Origin: PVC group bacterium
GTDB lineage: Bacteria; Verrucomicrobiota; Kiritimatiellia; CAIKKV01
Reading direction: 5' to 3'
NCBI GenBank assembly: GCA_945898015.1
Contig: CAMDGM010000011.1
Location: 3,200-67,199, forward strand
DNA length: 64,000 bases
Shown here in pieces: positions 27,898 to 36,993 of the stretch (positions are counted from its first letter, which is position 1; each line of letters opens with the position of its first letter). Below the pieces are notes generated by a model. The model ran no database searches. It was not told where the DNA came from and saw nothing but the letters and a program-made list of their open reading frames with translations. The translations under genes were made by a program, and so were the position numbers.

Positions 27898-27946
27898 GCC
27901 AAAATCGACTCCCTTTTCTTCATCAAACGATTTTCCGCCCCTTTTC

Positions 27947-28489
27947 TCAAGACAAAACCGGCCGGGCCGGAGCAAATTCACAGCCGCACGATGCCTGACG
28001 ATACATCCCGTATTGCCGGCTCATGGCCACGCTATGCGCAAAGCCATCCTGTTTCTTGAAATCCACGTCAAGGAAAGGCCCGCTTTCACGCCCGGCTTCG
28101 AATATTTGAGCACTGTTCTTCCGGGGACTCACGGTCAGCGTGGTGGTGAACCGCGCACAGCCCAATTCGGCGGCCTTGCGGGCTGCCCGGCTTAAATTGA
28201 AACGAAAACACCGCCGGCACCGCGCTCCTCCCTCCGGTTCCCGCTCCAACCCGGCCACAGCCGCAAGCCACGCGTCATGATTGTAATCGTCCTCCACCAC
28301 GCGCAAGCGCGTGATCGCGGACAGTTTATGAACCTCCGCCAACCGGCGGTCATATTCCGCCCGCGTGGCGATATTGGAATTGGAAAAAAACAGAACCGGC
28401 TGCCAGCCTTCTGGAATGCGATCGACACATCCCGCCGCGCAAGGGCCGCAGCAGACATGAAGCAACAGGTTTTTTTGTTCAGCCGTCAT
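27947..28489 (-). CDS. queH: epoxyqueuosine reductase QueH (DUF208)
   Basis: The signature LLLHVCCGPC, later conserved Cys residues (CRRC, CGC) and a length of 180 aa fit QueH. Confidence 0.85.
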   Translation of the reverse strand: MTAEQKNLLLHVCCGPCAAGCVDRIPEGWQPVLFFSNSNIATRAEYDRRLAEVHKLSAITRLRVVEDDYNHDAWLAAVAGLEREPEGGARCRRCFRFNLSRAARKAAELGCARFTTTLTVSPRKNSAQIFEAGRESGPFLDVDFKKQDGFAHSVAMSRQYGMYRQASCGCEFAPARPVLS

Positions 28490-28658
28490 CCCTCACCTGC
28501 GATTACGAAAGGCCCGCCCCATTCGCCAGAAAAAAAACAGGATCCGGGAATACCAAGGCGCCCGCACGGAAGCCGACGGCCTTCGTGCCGCTCCGCCCGG
28601 CCGCATGTAATCTCGATCGGCAAGCCCCATGACCGCACTCCTTTCCTGTCTTCACCGT

Positions 28659-29093
28659 TCATCCGGGTGGTGGGGCCCCCAACGGCACACGAAGTGCTTC
28701 CGCCGCGGCACGCATCACCTGATCATTGGTGATCAACGGATACGCCCGTACCCGCAGGCACGACGCGATGTGGATGGCGTCAAGCGTCCGGAGGGACGCC
28801 TTTCCCAGGCACCGCTTGATGAGATCGCCCGCCTCCAGCAAGACACGTTGCGTGACGGGATGAAGCATCACCCCCCCGCCCGACCACTGGGCGCGCAATC
28901 GGCCCCAGGCGCCCTCATACGTTCGGGCATCCAGCTGCCCGGCACGCCATTTTCGAAGCAGGGCGGAATGGCATTCCGTGATCGCCAGTTCAGAGGAGCA
29001 CACAAAACGCTGCCCCTCCACCAGATCGGCATAAAAATCACTGTCGGGCTCACGAGCGACCAGTTTGACCAGGATGGCGCTATCCAAATACAT
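28659..29093 (-). CDS. PIN-domain toxin (VapC-like)
   Basis: Starts MYLDSAILVKLV, has a later LDAIHIA motif and is 144 aa. It sits directly downstream of a Phd/YefM-type antitoxin gene with a 2-nt gap. Confidence 0.75.
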   Translation of the reverse strand: MYLDSAILVKLVAREPDSDFYADLVEGQRFVCSSELAITECHSALLRKWRAGQLDARTYEGAWGRLRAQWSGGGVMLHPVTQRVLLEAGDLIKRCLGKASLRTLDAIHIASCLRVRAYPLITNDQVMRAAAEALRVPLGAPPPG

Positions 29094-29095
29094 GG

Positions 29096-29377
29096 CTATC
29101 CTCGTGAATCCCGATCATCCCGCACCAGTATATCCGCAGCCAGACCACGCTTCAACACCGGCATGGATTTCAGCCAATCCCGATCCACACGCATCGTCGC
29201 ACCCTCTGCGCTGACGGGCACCAGCTTGGCGCGGGGTTGCCCATGACGGGTGATGACAATCTCCTCGCCTTCGGCCGCTCGGCCCACCAACGCAGAAAAC
29301 TGCGCCTTGGCCTCGCGAATCGACAGCGCTCCACCCTCCGACATCGGATAAACAACTGTTTTTTTGACGCGCTTCAT
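29096..29377 (-). CDS. Phd/YefM-family antitoxin
   Basis: The sequence LSIREAKAQFSALVGRAAEGEEIVITRHGQPRAKLVP is a typical prevent-host-death N-domain. Confidence 0.75.
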   Translation of the reverse strand: MKRVKKTVVYPMSEGGALSIREAKAQFSALVGRAAEGEEIVITRHGQPRAKLVPVSAEGATMRVDRDWLKSMPVLKRGLAADILVRDDRDSRG

Positions 29378-29428
29378 GATTTAAATGTAGTCACAGGTGG
29401 CCACATTGTCAAGACGATCCGACCGCAC

Positions 29429-30058
29429 TCAAACGGATCGACGACAATGCTCCGCCTGGCGGATCGCGCAGAGCCGGCCGACGGCGGCGGCCAAATCGTC
29501 GTTAACAACCACATACCGGTATTCCCGCCATCGCTCCACTTCGCCCATCGCATTCTTCAGCCGGGTGGCAATCACATCGGGGGCGTCGGTTCCACGCCCG
29601 GTCAGTCGCTCGCGCAACACCGCGAACGACGGCGGCACCACGAAAATATCGGCGTAGCCATTCCGGATGAGGGGATCGGCATCCGGGGACAGCGCCTGCT
29701 GGCGAATGGCCGCCGCGCCCTGCACGTCGATCGCCATGACAATATCGAGCCCTTTCCGCAAAGCCTCCAAGACGGTTTCCTTCAAGGTGCCGTAATAATT
29801 GCCATGCACGCGGGCGTATTCCAGGAAATCGCCACGGGCCACCCGCTCCACGAAGTCGGACTCCGCGAGAAAATGGTAGCTTTTGCCATCGGTTTCGCCC
29901 GGCCTGGGCTTGCGCGTGGTGCAGGAAACCGAATAGACTAGCCGCTCGGATTGCGCCAGCCACTTCTGGCAAAGGGTGGTCTTGCCCGCCCCGGACGGCG
30001 CCGACATGACCATCAACAGAGGCCGGTCTGTCACCGGCATGATCGGCTCATTCGACAT
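29429..30058 (-). CDS. gmk: guanylate kinase
   Basis: Contains SAPSGAGKTTL (P-loop), SCTTRKPRPGE and YHF. Possible starts are 30058 (overlaps the yicC stop) or 30040 (7 nt after it); the track start at 30187 is too long. Confidence 0.9.
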   Translation of the reverse strand: MSNEPIMPVTDRPLLMVMSAPSGAGKTTLCQKWLAQSERLVYSVSCTTRKPRPGETDGKSYHFLAESDFVERVARGDFLEYARVHGNYYGTLKETVLEALRKGLDIVMAIDVQGAAAIRQQALSPDADPLIRNGYADIFVVPPSFAVLRERLTGRGTDAPDVIATRLKNAMGEVERWREYRYVVVNDDLAAAVGRLCAIRQAEHCRRSV

Positions 30059-30935
30059 TCTGCACCTGCTCGCGAAACCGCTCGAGTTCGGTTTTGAATT
30101 CAATGACTTGCCGGGAAATCTCCAGATCGTTGGCCTTGGATCCGATCGTATTGATCTCGCGGAACATCTCCTGGGCCAGGAAGTCAAGCGAGCGTCCGAC
30201 CGGTTCGCGATTTTGAGCCAGCAATTTAACCGCCTGTTTGTGGTGACTGTCCAGGCGGGTGATCTCCTCGCTGATATCCGCCCGCTCCGCCATGAGAGCG
30301 ATCTCCTTCAGAATGGCGCCATCCTCGGGATTGACAGGTATCCCCGCCCGTTTCAACCGCTCCAGCACGCTCTTCCGGTAGCGGGGCCCCACGGTGGGCG
30401 CCAGGCGGGCAATCCGCTGCCGCATCACCGACAGCTTGGCCAGTCGTCCGGCCAGGTCCTTGCCGATCACCCCCCCTTCCCGCTCCCGCATCGTCACCAG
30501 GGCAGCCAGCGCCTGGCGTAGCGCCTTTTCACAAACCGGCCGGATCAGCGAGACATCCTGCTCCACATAGTGGTATTGCACCACCTCGGGAAGCTGGGGA
30601 AGCAGGCTGACGCCCAGATCGTCTTTCAGCCCCAGTTCCGCGCCGATTTTCCGGAGCTCCTTCACAAACGCGCGGGCCAGGTGAGCATCCACCTTGGCGC
30701 CCTGTTGCCGCTTATGCTCCGACACGGTCACATTCACCGATCCGCTGATCTGCCCCCGGGAAATCGACTCATGCACGATCTCCATGAGCAGGGACTCCAG
30801 GAACGCCAACGGCTTGGGCAGGTTGATCCGGAAATCAAACTGTTTCCGGTTCACGGAACTCAGGTCCACATCCACCCGGACTCCGGCGGACACCGACTCG
30901 CCATGGCCATACCCCGTCATGCTCTTAAGCGCCAT
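30048..30935 (-). CDS. yicC: YicC-family protein (stress-induced endoribonuclease family)
   Basis: Has MTGYG near the N-terminus and the conserved C-terminal region EINTIGSKAND...IEFKTELE..REQVQNVE. Confidence 0.88.
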   Translation of the reverse strand: MALKSMTGYGHGESVSAGVRVDVDLSSVNRKQFDFRINLPKPLAFLESLLMEIVHESISRGQISGSVNVTVSEHKRQQGAKVDAHLARAFVKELRKIGAELGLKDDLGVSLLPQLPEVVQYHYVEQDVSLIRPVCEKALRQALAALVTMREREGGVIGKDLAGRLAKLSVMRQRIARLAPTVGPRYRKSVLERLKRAGIPVNPEDGAILKEIALMAERADISEEITRLDSHHKQAVKLLAQNREPVGRSLDFLAQEMFREINTIGSKANDLEISRQVIEFKTELERFREQVQNVE

Positions 30936-32074
30936 TCGCTTCTCCTCCCGGTGTGGGCGATCCGGCCAACCGCAGCTTCTTCAGATAAGCCTCGACGAAC
31001 AGATCCAAATCCCCGTCCAGCACAGCCTGAACATTGGAGTTTTTGAGCTCGGTGCGTTCGTCCTTCGCCATCGTATAGGGCTGAAGCACGTAGGATCGGA
31101 TTTGGCTGCCCCAGGCAATATCGCCCTTCTCCCCGTAAAAGCGGTCCATCTCCCGCTTTTTCTTATCCAGCTCCAGCTCGTACAGACGGGACTTGAGCAC
31201 CTTCATGGCCTGCGCGCGGTTCTGATGCTGCGAGCGCTGGGTCTGGCACGAGACGACAAAGCCCGACGGCATATGCGTGATGCGGATCGCCGAATCCGTC
31301 TTGTTCACGTGCTGGCCGCCCGAACCGCTGGACCGGAACGTGTCAACCCGGATATCCGCGTCGAGAATCTCGATCTCGATCGAGTCGTCGATCTCCGCCA
31401 CCACGTCCACGGACGCAAAGGAGGTGTGCCGGCGCTTGTTGGAATCGTACGGACTGATCCGGACCAGCCGATGGACGCCGCGTTCGGATTTCAGGTATCC
31501 ATAGGCATACGGACCGATGACCTGCAGGGAAGCGCTCTTCAGGCCGGCTTCTTCACCGTCCTGGTAATCCAGCATTTCAACCTTGAACTCTTTTTTCTCG
31601 CAGAACCGCCGGATCATCCGGTGCAACATGGCGGCCCAATCGCAGGCCTCCGTGCCGCCCGCCCCCGCATGGAAAGTCACAAACGCATTGTTCCGGTCCA
31701 CCGGCCCGCCCAGCATGGATTTGAGTTCCATGGCGATCACGGCACGGTCAAGAGGCTCAATCTCGGATTCAGCCTCAGCCACCGCCATGCTCGACAGATC
31801 CGGGTCGGATTCGGCCGCCGCCATCTCGATCAACACGGCGGCGTCCTCGGCCCGTCTCAACAACGCGTCATAGGGATTCAGAAGATCGCGCTCACGGGCG
31901 ACCTGGTCCAGCAGTTCGCGAGCCTTGTTGGTATCATTCCAGAAATCAGGCGCGGAGGTGCGGCGTTCCAACTCGGCCACCCGCGTGCGACGTGTATCCA
32001 AGTCAAAGATAACCTCTCATTTCTGCAAGCCGGGCGCGTATCGCGTCCAGTCTTGTCAGGATATCCTCATTCAC
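30925..32074 (-). CDS. prfB: peptide chain release factor 2, with programmed +1 frameshift
   Basis: ORF0 runs from the GTG at 32074 (AAGGAGA RBS), 23 codons ending ...MRGYL then TGA at 32005-32003 in the CTT TGA C context. The +1 frame continues DLDTRRTRV... through the SPY(F)-type motif RISPYDSNKRRHTSFASV and GGQHVNKTDSAIRITH. The track lists only the downstream 358-aa piece. Confidence 0.93.
32002..32017 (-). promoter_or_regulatory. RF2 autoregulatory frameshift site (AGAGGT tat CTTTGAC)
   Basis: Minus strand reads ATGAGAGGTTATCTTTGAC. An internal SD-like GAGG sits 3 nt upstream of the slippery CTT followed by an in-frame TGA-C. Confidence 0.85.
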
Positions 32075-33765
32075 GTTCGATCTCCTTCTATTGAGTCGAT
32101 CCCCACCGATCGGCCGGAAACGGAAGGCCGCCGGGCCCTCCACCAGGCGATCCCCATCCACACCGCCACAATCCCCGCGCAGGGAATGGCCAAAACCCAG
32201 TCTCCAAACCGGGTGTAACAGGTCAACGCCATTCCCGGTGGCGGCGGTTCCACCAGGGACACATCGGAAAGCGGTTTCCGATCCGCCAGAGGCCCCGAAA
32301 CGCCGAGCCAGCCCTTATCCGATACCGCCAGCCCCGTGTGATAAACCCGGCCGTTCGGCTCAATGAACCCCGAGGCGCCGGAATTGGAAACCCGCACGCC
32401 CGGCACGCGGTTTTCAATACATCGCATAATGCTCAAATTAAGGTGCTGCCGGTGCTGGGCGGTTCCGTCAAACCAGGCGTCGTTGGATTGGTTGATCAGC
32501 AACCGGGAACCGCGTTTGACAAACTCCCGCGACAGGCCGGGGAAAATATCCTCAAAGCAGATCGTCACGGAAAACCGGACGTCCGTTCCCGGCAGGGCGA
32601 AAACCGTCGCTTCACGACCCGGAGTCAGACTGATCCCCAGGGGTGACATCTTCTGCAAAACAGGGAATTGCTTGTCCAGCGGCAGAAACTCCCCGAACGG
32701 CACCAGATGCTGCTTGTCATAGCGGGCCATCTCGCTTCCATTGGTGGCGATCAAAAACGAACTGTTCGCCATGATGTCCCCGGCCTCATAAAGCGCACCT
32801 AGAAGAAGCGGACCGCAATCCGAAGCCAGGCCCGAAATCATGCTCCGGTACTCCCCGTCAACCGTCAGGTCGCCGGTCGTGGACGTCTCCGGCCAGATCA
32901 CAAGGTCCGGGCGCTTATTCATCAGAACCTGGGCGGTCCCCGCCGCTTCAAACGTCAGTTTCGTCAGGCGATCCTGCACCTCGGTGGCATAATCGGCATC
33001 CCACTTGACGTTTTGGGGAACGGCCGGCTGAACGACGCCCACCAGAACATTCCCCCCCATCGTTCCATACTGTTGAAACCGGGAACGGCCGGACACGGTG
33101 CACGCCGCCATCACGGACAACCCCACGAAAAGCTCCACATGCGGCCGGTATTTCCCGATATGCCGCCAATCCAGATACCGGGCCGCCGTGAACGCAACCG
33201 CCGTGTTCACCACCATCAGAAGGCCGGAAACCAGGTAGACGCCCCCCCACTCCGCCGCCTGGGAAATGGCCGGATTCTGCGCCTGGCTGGCACCCAGCGG
33301 ATTCCAGGGAAAACCCGTGAACAGGGCCGATCGCGCATATTCCAACCCGACCCAGAACACCGGAATCACCAGCACGGAGGCGACATTGCGCGCCAGCCGA
33401 TCCGAACCGGTCCACGCCAGCCAGTGCGACACCGCCCAGGCAAAAAGACCCGTATACAGGGCGCAATACAGGGAAAGCGCAACCCAGCCCAATCCAATCA
33501 CCGCCAGGGGCAAACCGGCGGTCTGGTGAAGAGCGGTGAGCCAGAACAAACCGATCAACCAGGTGATCGCACCGCTGAGCATGCCCCACCCAAACGCTTC
33601 ACGCGGCGAGCGCAACAAGGCAATCAGGAGCAGGGGCACAAAACCCGCCCACGGCGCGGCCACGTGTTCCCAGGGCGCAAATCCGGCGGCGATCGACAAC
33701 CCGGAGACGACTGAGGCGACCAGGCAAGCCGACCACCTGAAGAGGTTGTGGCCGGCGGGCGTCAT
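32071..33765 (-). CDS. lnt: apolipoprotein N-acyltransferase
   Basis: N-terminal multi-TM region followed by a CN-hydrolase domain (WPETS, ...K..LVPFGEF, TICFEDIFP). I prefer the ATG at 33765, which forms ATGA with the secA stop. Its own TGA overlaps the prfB GTG (GTGA). Confidence 0.88.
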   Translation of the reverse strand: MTPAGHNLFRWSACLVASVVSGLSIAAGFAPWEHVAAPWAGFVPLLLIALLRSPREAFGWGMLSGAITWLIGLFWLTALHQTAGLPLAVIGLGWVALSLYCALYTGLFAWAVSHWLAWTGSDRLARNVASVLVIPVFWVGLEYARSALFTGFPWNPLGASQAQNPAISQAAEWGGVYLVSGLLMVVNTAVAFTAARYLDWRHIGKYRPHVELFVGLSVMAACTVSGRSRFQQYGTMGGNVLVGVVQPAVPQNVKWDADYATEVQDRLTKLTFEAAGTAQVLMNKRPDLVIWPETSTTGDLTVDGEYRSMISGLASDCGPLLLGALYEAGDIMANSSFLIATNGSEMARYDKQHLVPFGEFLPLDKQFPVLQKMSPLGISLTPGREATVFALPGTDVRFSVTICFEDIFPGLSREFVKRGSRLLINQSNDAWFDGTAQHRQHLNLSIMRCIENRVPGVRVSNSGASGFIEPNGRVYHTGLAVSDKGWLGVSGPLADRKPLSDVSLVEPPPPGMALTCYTRFGDWVLAIPCAGIVAVWMGIAWWRARRPSVSGRSVGIDSIEGDRT

Positions 33766-36700
33766 AAACCCGCCCCGCAACATTTCTTGAATTTCTTCCC
33801 GCTTCCGCAGGGGCACGCCTGGTTGGGCCCCACTTTCGGACCCGCCCGTCGCACCGTCGAAGCGGTCTCCAGAGCCCGGTCAACCGCGTCGCGGGGCCGC
33901 GCGGGGGCCGCCGCCGGAGCTGCCGGACGCCGCCGCGCCTCATCAGGCGCCGCCTCCGACGAACTGCTGGTGCCGAGCGTCTGCACGCTTTCATGGATCA
34001 CCCGGGTCACCCGGGGCGTCGGCGCGGCAGACACCGGGGCCAGCCGGAATAGATTGGCCGCGACTTCCTGCCGGATATTCGCCATGAGCGTGCCGAACAT
34101 CTCGAACGCTTCCTTCTTATACTCGATCAGCGGATCGCGCTGGCCGTAAGCCCGGAGCCGGATGCCCTCCCGCAAATGGTCCATGCTGCGCAGGTAATCC
34201 TGCCAATTCGTGTCAATGGCGCGCAATAGCACGAACCGCTCGAACATGCCCACCGTGCGGGGATCCGTGGCCGAGGACTTAATCCGGTACGCGTCCTGGA
34301 TGCGATCCATCAAGCTCGCGCACAGCTTCTCAACCTGCTCCTGATCCGTGGACACCTCGTCCCTCAGAAGGGGAACCGGGAACGTGAGCTGGAACCATTC
34401 CAGAAACGATTTGACGGACTCCTCGTTGCCGTCCAGCAGCATTTCCTCGGCGCGGGCCAGGAGGTATTCCTCAATCATGTCGAACAGGGTCGACGTCACA
34501 TCCGAAGACCGGACGATCTCCCCGCGAAGCTTGTAAATGATCGTCCGCTGCTTGTTCATGACGTCATCGTATTCAAGCGTCCGTTTACGGATGCTGAAGT
34601 TGTGCTGCTCCACCCGGCGCTGCGCATTCTGGATCGACCGGGTCAGGATGGAGCTCTCCAGCTCCTGCCCCTCCTCCAGCCCCCAGCGGGTCAACAGGCG
34701 CGCCACACGATCCGGGCAAAAGAGCCGCATCAGATCATCTTCGAGCGAGGTATAGAACCGGGACGAGCCGGGATCCCCCTGCCGGGCGCAACGCCCGCGC
34801 AACTGCCGGTCAATCCGGCGCGACTCATGGCGTTCGGTGCCGATCACGTGGAGCCCGCCCGGATTTCCGAGCAGATACTCGCGCAAGGTTTTCCCGTCCG
34901 GCATCTTGTCCGAGAGCGACTGGGCCGACAGGATCACCGCGCGGTCAAAGGGCACCACGCCGTCGCCGAGCTTGATGTCGGTGCCGCGCCCGGCCATGTT
35001 GGTAGCGATCGTGATGGCGCCTTTCTGGCCCGCGTCCGCGACGATCTGCGCCTCCTTCTCGTGATACTTGGCGTTCAGGACGTTGGCATTCAACACCCCG
35101 GCTCCGCGCAGCATGCGGGCCAGCAGCTCGGAGGTTTCCACCGAGATGGTGCCCACCAGAACGGGCTGGCCCCGCTTGTGGCAATCCACGATCTCGTCGA
35201 TGATCGCCTTCATCTTTTCGCGCTTGGTCTTGTAAACCCGATCGTCGTTGTCCACCCGTCGCACGGGCCGGTTGGTCGGCACCACGATCACGTCGAGCTT
35301 GTAAATCTGGAAAAACTCCTCGGCCTCCGTCTCCGCCGTGCCGGTCATGCCGGCCAGCTTCTCGTACAGGCGGAAATAATTCTGGATGGTGATCGTGGCC
35401 AGGGTCTGGGTTTCCTGCTCGATCTTGACGCTCTCCTTGGCCTCCACCGCCTGATGCAGCCCGTCGCTCCAGCGCCGGCCCGGCAGGATGCGCCCCGTGA
35501 ACTCGTCCACGATCAGCACCTGGTTATTCATGACCACGTAATGCACATCGCGCTCATACAGGCAATACGCGCGAATCAGCTGGTCCACGTTCTGGATGCG
35601 TTCGCTCCGCTCGGCAAACACCTGCTGAACCTTCTGCTTGGCCTCGGTCTTGGCCGCGACATCCCGGGCCTCATCGCCATCGATCTCCGACATGGACGCC
35701 ACAATGTCCGGCAGCACGTAAGCATCCGGGTCCGCGGGATTCAGCTCGTGGCACCCCTTGTCCGTCAGGCTGGCTTCATGCCCCTTCTCGTCGGTCACAA
35801 AGAACAACCCCTCGGCAAGATCCCGCGCCAATTCCTTGTTCATATCCACAAGCATCGTGTTCTCAACCTGCTCATGCATCGTCCGCACAGCGGGAATTTC
35901 CAGCAGGTGCAGAAGCTGCTTATGCTTGGGCATGCCATGATAGACCTGGTAGAGCCGGTGCCGGATCTGCTCGCGCGCCTCGTCGACCGTCAGGTCGGTG
36001 CGGGCCTTGACGGGCTCTCCCTCGACCGAGCCGGGCGCCACCACCGGAAGCATCTCGCGAACCTCCTGCATGAGCTTGCTGCAGACTTCGGACTGCTGCC
36101 GGACCAGGCGCTCGACGCGGGGCTTGAGCTTGTCAAACTGATGGGTCGACTCCGGCGAGGGCCCCGAAATAATGAGCGGGGTGCGGGCCTCGTCGATCAG
36201 AATACTGTCGACCTCGTCCACAATCGCGAAGAAATGACCGCGCTGCACCTGGTCCTCGGGGCGGAACGCCATGCCGTTATCCCGGAGATAATCGAACCCG
36301 AACTCGCTGTTGGTGCCGTAGGTGATATCCTTGGCGTACTCCGCGCGGCGGTCGGCCGGGGACATCCAATTCTGAATGCAGCCACAGGTGATGCCCAGAT
36401 AGGCAAACACATGCCCCATCCACTCCGAGTCGCGGCGGGCAAGGTAATCGTTCACGGTCACCAGGTGAACCGGTTTTCCCGTCAGGGCGTTCAGGTATAG
36501 CGGAAGGGTGGCCACGAGGGTCTTGCCCTCGCCCGTGGCCATTTCGGCAATCTTGCCCTGATGAAGCGAAATGCCTCCCATGAGCTGGACGTCGAACGGC
36601 ACCATGTCCCACACGCGATTCTGCCCGCACACCTCGGTTTCCCGCCCGACGAGACGCCGGCAGGCGTTTTTCACCGTGGCAAAAGCTTCGCACAACAGGT

Positions 36701-36881
36701 TGTCCAGGGGTTCGCCTCCCGCCAGCCGCCGGCGGAACGCCTCCGTATGCCCCTTCAGCGTTTCCTCCGACAAGGACTGATAGGTCGCCTCCAGCTCGTT
36801 GATGCGGGCCACCAGCGGCTTCATCATTTTGATGTCACGCTGGCTCTTGGTGCCGAACAATTTCTTCAGAAAGCCGATCAT
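33762..36881 (-). CDS. secA: preprotein translocase ATPase SecA
   Basis: Starts MIGFLKKLFGTKSQRDIK and contains the DEAD-like motifs MATGEGKTL and DEVDSILIDEARTPLIISG. The C-terminal zinc motif is CPCGSGKKFKKCCG. The start is taken at the ATG at 36881 inside track ORF 36950. Confidence 0.96.
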   Translation of the reverse strand: MIGFLKKLFGTKSQRDIKMMKPLVARINELEATYQSLSEETLKGHTEAFRRRLAGGEPLDNLLCEAFATVKNACRRLVGRETEVCGQNRVWDMVPFDVQLMGGISLHQGKIAEMATGEGKTLVATLPLYLNALTGKPVHLVTVNDYLARRDSEWMGHVFAYLGITCGCIQNWMSPADRRAEYAKDITYGTNSEFGFDYLRDNGMAFRPEDQVQRGHFFAIVDEVDSILIDEARTPLIISGPSPESTHQFDKLKPRVERLVRQQSEVCSKLMQEVREMLPVVAPGSVEGEPVKARTDLTVDEAREQIRHRLYQVYHGMPKHKQLLHLLEIPAVRTMHEQVENTMLVDMNKELARDLAEGLFFVTDEKGHEASLTDKGCHELNPADPDAYVLPDIVASMSEIDGDEARDVAAKTEAKQKVQQVFAERSERIQNVDQLIRAYCLYERDVHYVVMNNQVLIVDEFTGRILPGRRWSDGLHQAVEAKESVKIEQETQTLATITIQNYFRLYEKLAGMTGTAETEAEEFFQIYKLDVIVVPTNRPVRRVDNDDRVYKTKREKMKAIIDEIVDCHKRGQPVLVGTISVETSELLARMLRGAGVLNANVLNAKYHEKEAQIVADAGQKGAITIATNMAGRGTDIKLGDGVVPFDRAVILSAQSLSDKMPDGKTLREYLLGNPGGLHVIGTERHESRRIDRQLRGRCARQGDPGSSRFYTSLEDDLMRLFCPDRVARLLTRWGLEEGQELESSILTRSIQNAQRRVEQHNFSIRKRTLEYDDVMNKQRTIIYKLRGEIVRSSDVTSTLFDMIEEYLLARAEEMLLDGNEESVKSFLEWFQLTFPVPLLRDEVSTDQEQVEKLCASLMDRIQDAYRIKSSATDPRTVGMFERFVLLRAIDTNWQDYLRSMDHLREGIRLRAYGQRDPLIEYKKEAFEMFGTLMANIRQEVAANLFRLAPVSAAPTPRVTRVIHESVQTLGTSSSSEAAPDEARRRPAAPAAAPARPRDAVDRALETASTVRRAGPKVGPNQACPCGSGKKFKKCCGAGL

Positions 36882-36956
36882 GATTTCTCCCTGTCTCGTT
36901 GCAAAGGGCAATACTATTGCATTCCGAGGAAAATATCCATAGGATAACAAGAAATC

Positions 36957-36982
36957 GGCGCACGTCCCAAAACCCGTGCGCC
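36957..36982. repeat. perfect 8-bp GC-rich inverted repeat GGCGCACG-N10-CGTGCGCC in the secA/kinase divergent spacer
   Basis: Read directly. It ends 11 nt upstream of the kinase ATG. Confidence 0.8.
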
Positions 36983-36993
36983 CCCGGAAACAT

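Noticed and set aside
28538-28600. Hairpin (GCACGAAGGCC-GTC-GGCTTCCGTGC on the minus strand) and T8 run downstream of the second PIN toxin, considered as a terminator
   Set aside because: The hairpin and the T-run are separated by about 25 nt, and no stem directly abuts the T-run. This does not fit an intrinsic terminator, so it is left uncalled.
34602-36500. 632-aa plus-strand ORF (with similar ones at 6667-7938, 8409-9614, 9760-10638, 11777-12862, 39953-41059 and 62719-region shadows)
   Set aside because: Each lies antisense to, or out of frame with, a gene that has unmistakable family motifs (secA, prfA, MFS, RluA, obg, ispD/polA). None shows a recognisable motif or RBS.
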